From NCBI GenBank assembly GCA_032229975.1, contig JAVXVG010000017.1, positions 87,557-151,556 of the forward strand: a stretch of DNA of 64,000 bases, read 5' to 3'. A model generated the notes under the pieces. That model was not told where the DNA came from, did not search any database, and saw nothing but the letters and a program-made list of their open reading frames with translations. Positions 9,801-14,815 of the stretch are shown here, one piece after another. This stretch comes from Acidobacteriota bacterium. Lineage in GTDB: Bacteria > Acidobacteriota > Blastocatellia > Pyrinomonadales > Pyrinomonadaceae. Position numbers and translations under genes: made by a program. Numbering within the stretch: position 1 is the first letter of the stretch; every line of letters starts with the position of its first letter.

Positions 9801-10988
9801 GTTCGGGTAGGTCGCATCGTCGGGCAACGATCCCCACTCGGAGCCGTAGAGGAAGCGTCGCGCTTCGACCGACGTGTCGAAGCGGCGCAGCGCGGCGCGC
9901 GCACGCTGAACGAGCACGGGCAGTCGGCGCGCGAGCACGGGCCGCGCGCCGATCTTTTGCGCGTCCGTCTCACGACCGGGCGCGGTTGTTAAAGTGTGGC
10001 CGGAATAGTTCAACAGGCCCGCGAGTGAGCTGAGCGTCGCGAAGCCTTCGTCGAGGAGCGCGCTCTTTTCATTCGAGGTGAGGGTCGGGACGAGCGAGAG
10101 GTCTTCGCGCTCTGCGGCGCGGACGAAGCAGAGCGAGTTGTAGGGACAGCCGTCGCAATGCGAGCCGAGATGAAACGCAGCCGCGTCGGGCATCACACGT
10201 GCGGCGCGAGAAACGTCCGAGTCATTTGCCGAGACGAGCTGCGCGATCTCGTCGAGATAGAGTGAGAGATCGAACTTGACGAACTCGTCGGGCCCGATCC
10301 GATGCGCGCTCGCACGCGCACCGGGATCGGCTGCCGCGTCGCGCGCCTCCTGACCTTCAATCGACGCACGCCCTTCGCTAGTCTCTTGTTCAATGCGGGT
10401 CGTGTTCGTCTCTTCCGTCTCAGACTTTCGCGAGAGCACCGCGCCATCGATTGATGTCACGTTGAGGCCCGCTTGTCGAACGGCGTCGAGCAACAGACGC
10501 GCGTAGAAGGCCACTTGCAGGCGAAAGCCTACGGTCTCGCGGCGGCTCGCCTTGATATCGAGAACCGTGAGTGAGACATCATTGCCTTCGCGTTCGACTT
10601 GAATAAGATCGGCGTAGCCTTCACACGACCAGCCGCCGATCAAACCTTCGAGTCGTGGTTGATAGTAGAAGCTGCGCCCGTCCTGTTGTTCACCGAGCGC
10701 GACGATAAAGGCCGCAGCGGACGTGCCGCGCAGATCGCGCACGCGCTCACGCGCGCCGAGCGCATCGACGATCTCGCGCTCGAACGACTGGCCCGCGCCG
10801 GAGAGCAAAGGCGAGAGCGCATCGAAGGGGACACGGTAGCGCGCGGCGAGCGACTTCGCCTCTGACGGGAAGAGTACGAAACGCAGATATTGCTCGCAGC
10901 GATTGCGCTGCACGTACTGCGCGAGCCGTTGCGCGCTGAGCGTGCGCTCGGTCTTGAAGCTCTGCGCGGAATCGGAGGCGTGAGTCAT
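6855..10988 (-). CDS. fusion protein: Cas4/Dna2-like Fe-S PD-(D/E)XK nuclease, central RNase-H-like region and Upf1-like SF1B helicase
   Basis: 1377 aa. N-terminus: C31 plus C278-x2-C281-x5-C287, D127, D144-I-K146 and QVAFY. C-terminus: Walker A GPPGTGKSHT (about aa 927), VVVDEASQM, GDHRQMPP, FQGGERDLIIVS and RRLTVAVSRPR. Confidence 0.85.
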   Translation of the reverse strand: MTHASDSAQSFKTERTLSAQRLAQYVQRNRCEQYLRFVLFPSEAKSLAARYRVPFDALSPLLSGAGQSFEREIVDALGARERVRDLRGTSAAAFIVALGEQQDGRSFYYQPRLEGLIGGWSCEGYADLIQVEREGNDVSLTVLDIKASRRETVGFRLQVAFYARLLLDAVRQAGLNVTSIDGAVLSRKSETEETNTTRIEQETSEGRASIEGQEARDAAADPGARASAHRIGPDEFVKFDLSLYLDEIAQLVSANDSDVSRAARVMPDAAAFHLGSHCDGCPYNSLCFVRAAEREDLSLVPTLTSNEKSALLDEGFATLSSLAGLLNYSGHTLTTAPGRETDAQKIGARPVLARRLPVLVQRARAALRRFDTSVEARRFLYGSEWGSLPDDATYPNLVKVFIDAQRDHLEDRVYLLSALVAGPCGSAEVIESTDSPPDTDAERALLIEWITRLLPQIARAADGREAPVHIYLFDRRSQRSLLDALARHFETLCALPAFYDLLTSHPALTQSMISFLADEVCERMNLAHVCQNLYEVARELGFRWDDPAHDTSAKFRARVFDATRSFARDTQTGLFAPADKEGGAHVVESSARFGTEIPLEYAYAAWGRLGGEAEPTEQERNYLSNFNGVTMEDVRALALLRCRALRHIEESFKQKNRHVEKRPLTLSRLDETEIDPASVPLSRALEDFLYLEHHAKVQTLLLHLALPPEQRAQTGRTLILRCDAYEKSAGGERATFTFDAGDAHNTNDAEDSASKIFDEMSANAHAPVAKFRAGDWVVLNPLAGEGGSALPAWKLLRGRLGIVEEFDAGRLSLRLLSMTFKNSDFRFSHVRHKPESGAFFTIDEMADDLNADKFLDACRNSATNNLYRWLCDAKEAKRPRPIRPRRLRDAVEIADLASRTQQPRGLTDAQRRVIGEAVADRVLVLQGPPGTGKSHTLGFMALVRALALATPARPFRIAVCARTHAATQIALASIARRARELRDAATQDGANIDTRLAPLATLKIAKVCADAGEQATEGVEKIFADGGEESSAAEQWDALLSEPLLVVGGTPGGLYKLIKQGAARGRAVDWSEKFFDLVVVDEASQMGIAEALTAAAFLRDDGQFVAIGDHRQMPPILAHAWDEESRRDMKHARPHLSIFETLRETGFRSDALDESFRIPTEIAGFLRRHVYAQDGVNFRSGNRLRLNAPEGLTGWLAAVFRPEQALVVVEHDESGSQQSNEYEATLVTEIARVATHQLGLDARRGIGVVVPHRAQKSLLQTRLPELAESIDTVERFQGGERDLIIVSATVSDREFAQAESGFLLEPRRLTVAVSRPRRKLVVVASRAVFDLIPADLDEYERSALWKYLRHECAATVLWEGEIGGQRVVVRSLAEETC

Positions 10989-11082
10989 GCGAGGGAACGG
11001 AGCGGGTTGTGAAAGTCAGGATGAAATTTTGATTCGATTGATTGAAGCAAGTTGCTTGTCGAAGTCTGACGCGGACGCAACG

Positions 11083-11781
11083 TCAACTCTTCTTGGGCCG
11101 GACGACGGTGAGCGTCGCCTGCTCGCTCTGCTCGACGGCGGCGGCGACGAGCCGGCGCACGTCCGCGTCGGCACCCGATTTTTCGGCGAGAAGTTTTTCG
11201 AGACTATCTTTCACGGGCGTGAACTTCACGCTGCGCTCGAAGAGAGATGAGAACGTCTCTGCATCGAGCGCGTCGGCGAGCGCAGAGACTTTCGCCTCGT
11301 CGCATTTCCAGTTGGTTCGGTAACTACACTTGACCGCGCCGTCTTCACCGCGCAGCGTCACAGAGTTGGCTACGCGTTGACGGTAGAGCGCGGCGAGTTT
11401 CAAACGCTCTTTGATCTCATCCACACGTTCCTTGATGCGCTTCTCCTCTGCGTGGAGGCGCACGTACTCGGCGACGAGTCCTTCGACCTCCGCCTCTGCG
11501 GGCGCGTCTTCCGGCGCGACGCCTGCGGCTCGCACGTCGCAGCCCGCGCACATCTGTTGGCCTTCTCTCTCCACCGCCTCGTCTTGCGCGACGAGACCGC
11601 CGCACGCCGCGCACGCGACGTAAAAGTCATTAGCGCACGACGCGCATAGAGGCTCGCCGCGAAGGTTGACGACCGATGGCGCGGTCGCTTCGAGACACTC
11701 CGCGCAAACCGACGCGCCCGCGTGCGGCTCGCGTGCCTGCGCGCTTGAATCGTGTGCCTGACCCGGTTCGATGTTTTCCAA
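11083..11781 (-). CDS. zinc-ribbon / coiled-coil protein, first gene of the nuclease-helicase operon
   Basis: 232 aa with a TTG start preceded by GGAG. It has CxxC-type pairs (CAEC, CASC, CAAC, CAGC), then a charged helix EEKRIKERVDEIKERLK and an alpha/beta C-terminus. It ends 95 nt upstream of the helicase start on the same strand. Confidence 0.6.
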   Translation of the reverse strand: MENIEPGQAHDSSAQAREPHAGASVCAECLEATAPSVVNLRGEPLCASCANDFYVACAACGGLVAQDEAVEREGQQMCAGCDVRAAGVAPEDAPAEAEVEGLVAEYVRLHAEEKRIKERVDEIKERLKLAALYRQRVANSVTLRGEDGAVKCSYRTNWKCDEAKVSALADALDAETFSSLFERSVKFTPVKDSLEKLLAEKSGADADVRRLVAAAVEQSEQATLTVVRPKKS

Positions 11782-12068
11782 CGTGGCTACTCCTGCTCAG
11801 TGGCGCGGGCGGCGCGTGGCGGGTTGTTCATGACCGAGAGCCCTTCGATCAATTCTCTCGCTGAAGCGCGCCGGAGTTTCGCGAAGGCGCGAAGAATCTA
11901 GCAGAGGCGGCGCGGCGAAGTCGAGACGCGCATGATCAAATCGAGATAGGTGAAGGAGGCATCGCGTTGTGGCGCAAGTCTCGCCTGCGCGCGAAAGTTC
12001 TTTTGTCGTGGTGAGACAACTCGGCGACGAAGTTTGGTATCGAACTCGCGGTAGATGAAAGAAAGTGC

Positions 12069-12100
12069 TTGACACGACAAAGTGGTCTGCCGTATATATA
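12069..12100 (+). promoter_or_regulatory. sigma70-like promoter facing the ncRNA region and tRNA array
   Basis: TTGACA at 12069-12074, an 18-nt spacer, then TATATA at 12093-12098. Confidence 0.4.
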
Positions 12101-12104
12101 CGCA

Positions 12105-12484
12105 CCCGCGCGGAAGCTATTGGGCGCGCGCGAAAGATGAAACTACGATGTTGACGAACCAGACAAGACAGAGACGAACGCGCATCGGGGCCGGGACGGC
12201 TTCGATGTATTCGTGCATCTCGCCGGCCCGTGGTGGCGTCGTCGCCGCCGCGCGTGGCGCGATGTGTCTGAGTTCGTTACCTACCTATCAACTCGGTGGC
12301 GAATCCGGACACGATAGCGCGAAATCCATTAGGAATTTGCGTTTCGCGGATCAGGATAACCAGAGTTAGTCGTGGGAGAGCGGGTTCTCCCGCTCTCCAA
12401 TCCAAAAGCTAAAAGTTAGTCGGATTGATCGGAGCGGGAAAGCTTCTCTCGGATGCGAGAAGTGGCCCGCTCTTTTCTTTTGTT
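12105..12484 (+). ncRNA. candidate structured non-coding RNA, unit 1 (unknown class)
   Basis: Lies between the promoter above and a terminator (GAGCGGG 12432-12438 / CCCGCTC 12466-12472, then TTTTCTTT). Internal hairpins: GGGCCGG/CCGGCCC (12188-12194 / 12223-12229) and a 10-bp stem GGAGAGCGGG/CCCGCTCTCC (12375-12398). No credible ORF. Confidence 0.3.
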
Positions 12485-12509
12485 GTTTGACAACTGAATT
12501 TTTTGAATG

Positions 12510-12652
12510 GAAGAGAGCAGAGAGACTGCCTTCTGCGGGCGACGACGATCCTGCCGGACTCTGGCAAGCACGCGCGGACCAGCGTCGCCCTTAGGAGAAG
12601 TGTGCGCCGAAGTGTGTCTCCACGCGCGCTCTCTCGGCCCTCTTCTTTTTTT
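12510..12652 (+). ncRNA. candidate structured small RNA, unit 2 (unknown class)
   Basis: A long-range closing helix (12510-12524 with 12631-12645, 13 of 15 positions paired) is followed directly by T7. Nested helices: GGGCGAC/GTCGCCC (12537-12543 / 12584-12590) and GGAGA/TCTCC (12594-12598 / 12617-12621). Confidence 0.3.
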
Positions 12653-12667
12653 ATCATAGCAAATTTC

Positions 12668-12754
12668 GCAGACGTGGCTGAGCGGCAAAGGCGGCTGACT
12701 GTAAATCAGTTTGTCACTTAGGTGACTTCGGAGGTTCGAGTCCTCTCGTCTGCA
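12668..12754 (+). tRNA. tRNA-Tyr(GTA), class II
   Basis: Acceptor GCAGACG/CGTCTGC, anticodon loop CTGTAAA, long variable arm GTCAC-TTAG-GTGAC, T-arm GGAGGTTCGAGTCCTCT. Confidence 0.85.
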
Positions 12755-12877
12755 TCGAGACATTTGAGGGGCCTGATGTAACAGCAGCACATCGATCTCC
12801 AAGATCGTCGCTGAAGGGATCGAGCCTCGCGTGCTCCTATCGAATTTTATATCGACGCGTCGAAGCGTCGTTTGCGC

Positions 12878-12961
12878 GGAAGGTTCGGCACGTGGCAAGC
12901 CAAGCGGTCTTGAAAATCGTGAGAGGTAACGCTCTGGCGGGTTCGACTCCCGCACCTTCCT
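12878..12961 (+). tRNA. tRNA-Ser(TGA)-like, class II, divergent
   Basis: Acceptor GGAAGGT/ACCTTCC, 3-bp D-stem GGC/GCC, anticodon loop CTTGAAA on a weak stem with two G-U pairs, variable arm AGAG/CTCT, T-arm GCGGGTTCGACTCCCGC. The discriminator is T rather than G. Confidence 0.6.
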
Positions 12962-12965
12962 TATT

Positions 12966-13017
12966 CCGACTGCTGCGCTACTTCATCGTTCATCGTTCCG
13001 CCTTCATCGTTTCATTC
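12966..13017. repeat. Hairpin repeat family B (GATGAAC/GATGAAG-type), right half only
   Basis: CGACTGC...CTACTTCATCGTTCATCGTTCCGCCTTCATCGTTT matches the loop and right arm of the copies at 15871 and 17615. The left arm is absent, and the element abuts the 3' end of tRNA-Ser. Confidence 0.6.
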
Positions 13018-13092
13018 GAACCCGTAGCTCAGTGGATCAAGAGCGCGACTCTGCGAAGGTCGAGGTCGCAGGTTCGAGTCCTGCCGGGTTCA
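13018..13092 (+). tRNA. tRNA-Arg(GCG)
   Basis: Acceptor GAACCCG/CGGGTTC, D-arm GCTCAGTGGATCAAGAGC, anticodon loop CTGCGAA, T-arm GCAGGTTCGAGTCCTGC. Confidence 0.85.
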
Positions 13093-13099
13093 TCCGCAC

Positions 13100-13170
13100 G
13101 CCGACGTAGCCCAACGGTAGAGGGCCGCGCTGTGCACGCGGAAGCTGGGGGTTCGACTCCCTTTGATCCA
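13100..13170 (+). tRNA. tRNA-His(GTG)-like, probably a pseudo-tRNA
   Basis: The anticodon arm is perfect (CCGCG-CTGTGCA-CGCGG) and the T-arm is GGGGGTTCGACTCCCTT. The 5' GCCGACG has no complementary 3' strand (TGATCCA), and the D-stem/position-26 region is one nucleotide short. Confidence 0.4.
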
Positions 13171-13199
13171 TCTCGCTCACACGACATCAAACTTTTCTT

Positions 13200-13271
13200 G
13201 GAACGGTGGCTGAGAGGTCAGGCACTGGATTGTCGATCCAGACGATGCGAGTTCGAGCCTCGTCCGTTCCG
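13200..13271 (+). tRNA. tRNA-Asp(GTC) with a class-II-type D-arm
   Basis: Acceptor GGAACGG/CCGTTCC, discriminator G, D-arm GCTGAGAGGTCAGGC, anticodon loop TTGTCGA, 5-nt variable loop, T-arm GCGAGTTCGAGCCTCGT. Confidence 0.8.
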
Positions 13272-13281
13272 TCATGCACGC

Positions 13282-13355
13282 GCCTTCGTAGCTCAAACGC
13301 GCAGAGCGGCTGGCCCTTAACCAGTCAGGTCTGAGTTCAAATCTCAGCGAAGGCA
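13282..13355 (+). tRNA. tRNA-Lys(CTT), non-canonical (C33, no GG in the D-loop)
   Basis: Acceptor GCCTTCG/CGAAGGC, D-loop AAACGCGCA, anticodon arm GCTGG-CCCTTAA-CCAGT, T-arm CTGAGTTCAAATCTCAG. Confidence 0.75.
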
Positions 13356-13366
13356 TTTCCCGTTTC

Positions 13367-13440
13367 GACGGAGTGTAGCCTAGAGGCTTCGAGTCGCTTG
13401 ATCCGAGATCAAGACGGCGTGGATTCCTCTCGACTCCGAT
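13367..13440 (+). other. tRNA-sized structured spacer occupying a tRNA slot (not foldable as a canonical tRNA)
   Basis: Acceptor-like pairing CGGAGT/ACTCCG (13369-13374 / 13433-13438). TA at positions 8-9. Perfect palindrome CTTGATC-CGA-GATCAAG (13397-13413). No T-loop. Confidence 0.3.
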
Positions 13441-13452
13441 CACTTCACATTC

Positions 13453-13530
13453 GCATCGTTGGTCCAGCCCGGTTGAAGACGCGGCGTTGCCAGCGCCGAG
13501 ACCTGAGTTCGAATCTCAGACGATGCACCA
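13453..13530 (+). tRNA. tRNA-Gly(GCC) with a class-II-type D-arm and encoded CCA
   Basis: Acceptor GCATCGT/ACGATGC, D-region GTCCAGCCCGGTTGAAGAC, anticodon arm CGGCG-TTGCCAG-CGCCG, T-arm CTGAGTTCGAATCTCAG, then A-CCA (13527-13530). Confidence 0.8.
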
Positions 13531-13540
13531 ACACACACGC

Positions 13541-13616
13541 GGGCGGTTAGCTCAAAACTGGATAGAGCACCACGCTTCGAACGTGGACGTTGCGGGTTCG
13601 AGTCCTGCACCGCCCT
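13541..13616 (+). tRNA. tRNA-Arg(TCG), second divergent copy
   Basis: Acceptor GGGCGGT/ACCGCCC, D-arm GCTCAAAACTGGATAGAGC, anticodon arm CCACG-CTTCGAA-CGTGG, T-arm GCGGGTTCGAGTCCTGC. Confidence 0.85.
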
Positions 13617-13628
13617 CTCATTCTTCGC

Positions 13629-13703
13629 GCGACCGAAACTCAAACGGATACGAGTGCGAGTTTCCCAAACTCGATGCTGCGGGTTCGAGTCCCGCCGGTC
13701 GCT
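13629..13703 (+). tRNA. tRNA-Gly(CCC)
   Basis: Acceptor GCGACCG/CGGTCGC, discriminator T, anticodon arm CGAGT-TTCCCAA-ACTCG, T-arm GCGGGTTCGAGTCCCGC. Confidence 0.85.
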
Positions 13704-13715
13704 TCTCACCTTCAT

Positions 13716-13788
13716 GCACGCGTAGCCAAGCGGCGAAGGCGCAGGTCTGCAAAACCTGTCAACGTCGGTTCGAATCCGACCGCGTGCT
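13716..13788 (+). tRNA. tRNA-Cys(GCA)
   Basis: Acceptor GCACGCG/CGCGTGC, discriminator T, anticodon arm CAGGT-CTGCAAA-ACCTG, T-arm GTCGGTTCGAATCCGAC. Confidence 0.85.
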
Positions 13789-13944
13789 TCTTCGGCGACG
13801 AACGCGAAGATTCATTCTTCAACGTCGTCGCGCGTACAAGGCTTGCGAGCGGCGGCGCACCCCGCGTCGAGCCTCACCACCGCTCGCACTTCCCTTCTCA
13901 TTCAAGACGGAAGGCAACACTGACGAAAGGAGGTTTTACGAACC

Positions 13945-14514
13945 ATGTCGCTCAACGGTCGGGTTCTCTTGCTCAACCAAACTTACGAGCCGCTCGGCAC
14001 GGTCGGCGTGGCCCGCGCGATTGTAATGCTCTTCAAGAACACCGTCTCGGTCGAAGAGTGGGACGGCGACCGCGTCCTTCGCACGCCGCGCACAGAGTAT
14101 CCCGTGCCCTCTGTCATGCGCCGGCGCACCTACGTCAACGTGCGCCGACGCCGCGATGCGACGGGCTCGAAGCGCGTGAGAATTTACATACGCGACGGGT
14201 TTCGCTGCCAGTATTGCGGCGAGCGCAAGAACCCTGTGGAGCTAACGCTCGATCACATTCTCCCGCGCTCGCGCGGCGGCAACCATCAACCGATCAACGT
14301 CGTCACCGCGTGCGTCGCCTGCAACCAGCGCAAGGGCAATCGCACGCCCGGGGAGGCCCGTATGCCTCTGCTCACCACGCAGATGGCCCTGCACGCGCAG
14401 CTCGAACGCGTCGTGCTCTGCCACTACGCCGAGGCGCGGCCGGAGTGGAGAAAGTACATCTTCACTGAAGACGTGAACGACGATTCGCGTGCGAAGCGAT
14501 CACGGACGGCTTGA
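13945..14514 (+). CDS. HNH endonuclease (COG1403-type) embedded in the tRNA array
   Basis: 189 aa. Strong RBS AAAGGAGG 8 nt upstream. Motifs CQYCG...LTLDHILPRSRGGNH...VTACVACNQRKGNRTP (HNH with two CxxC pairs). Confidence 0.85.
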   Translation: MSLNGRVLLLNQTYEPLGTVGVARAIVMLFKNTVSVEEWDGDRVLRTPRTEYPVPSVMRRRTYVNVRRRRDATGSKRVRIYIRDGFRCQYCGERKNPVELTLDHILPRSRGGNHQPINVVTACVACNQRKGNRTPGEARMPLLTTQMALHAQLERVVLCHYAEARPEWRKYIFTEDVNDDSRAKRSRTA

Positions 14515-14544
14515 ATGAGGGCCGGCGGCCGTCGGCCCTCATTC
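14513..14544 (+). other. GC-rich stem-loop at the HNH stop codon (no U-tract)
   Basis: GAATGAGGGCCG / CGGCCCTCATTC, a 12-bp stem with an 8-nt loop. tRNA-Val follows 13 nt later. Confidence 0.45.
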
Positions 14545-14556
14545 ATCCCTCAAACC

Positions 14557-14629
14557 CGCCGGTTAACTCAACTGGAAGAGTGCCTGTCCTACAAACAGGA
14601 AGTTGAAGGTTCAAATCCTTCACCGGCGA
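14557..14629 (+). tRNA. tRNA-Val(TAC), C33 variant
   Basis: Acceptor CGCCGGT/ACCGGCG, D-arm ACTCAACTGGAAGAGT, anticodon arm CCTGT-CCTACAA-ACAGG, T-arm GAAGGTTCAAATCCTTC. Confidence 0.8.
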
Positions 14630-14640
14630 TCAACTTTATC

Positions 14641-14725
14641 GGGGCGCACGGCTCGTCGCGCGCAGAACGGCAGACTGCGCGTGATCGTGGAGCGAGAGAC
14701 TTGCTGGCGTTGGTCTCGCGCCCCG
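14641..14725 (+). ncRNA. tRNA-like structured element (acceptor-like stem, no T-loop or anticodon loop)
   Basis: 7-bp stem GGGGCGC/GCGCCCC (14641-14647 / 14718-14724). GCTC...GAGC helix encloses a 9-bp hairpin CGCGCGCAG-AACGGCAGA-CTGCGCGTG. The 3' hairpin GAGAC-(12 nt)-GTCTC abuts the acceptor strand. Confidence 0.35.
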
Positions 14726-14738
14726 ACCAAAGCTCTCG

Positions 14739-14812
14739 CGCGGAGTAGCTCAGTTAGGCAGAGCACACGTCTCATAAATGTGAGCGCGCGGGTTCGAGTC
14801 CCGCCTCCGCGA
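14739..14812 (+). tRNA. tRNA-Met(CAT), elongator type or possibly Ile2
   Basis: Acceptor CGCGGAG/CTCCGCG with 1-72 paired. The anticodon stem CACGT/ATGTG lacks the initiator GGG/CCC pairs. Loop CTCATAA, T-arm GCGGGTTCGAGTCCCGC. Confidence 0.85.
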
Positions 14813-14815
14813 TTC

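Noticed and set aside
12187-12232. GGGGCCGGGACGGCTTCGATG resembles the 5' end of tmRNA (GGGGCUG.....GGAUUCGACG).
   Set aside because: Within the next 400 nt or so there is no 3' tRNA-Ala-like T-arm or ACCA end and no tag reading frame ending in ...AA-stop. The GGGCCGG segment pairs locally with CCGGCCC at 12223-12229 instead.
12766-12839. Possible tRNA-Trp(CCA) between tRNA-Tyr and tRNA-Ser: anticodon-like hairpin CGAT-CTCCAAG-ATCG and a 6-bp acceptor-like pairing AGGGGC/GCTCCT.
   Set aside because: It has no T-loop (GATCGAG instead of TTCRA, with no 5-bp T-stem). The D-stem and anticodon stem registers collide, and the D-loop has no GG. At best it is a decayed tRNA remnant.
12416-14468. Long ORFs in the ORF track lie across the tRNA array (12416-12955 minus, 13487-14026 plus, 13590-14468 plus, 13177-13443 minus, 13440-13715 minus).
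   Set aside because: They run through tRNA genes. The RESNP/EDSNL-type peptides are the usual translation artefact of T-arms. They lack an RBS, and the array and the HNH gene explain the sequence.
14641-14725. The 85-nt length and GC-rich acceptor suggested tRNA-Sec.
   Set aside because: It has no TCA anticodon loop, no TTCGA T-loop and no 8/5 or 9/4 acceptor/T architecture.
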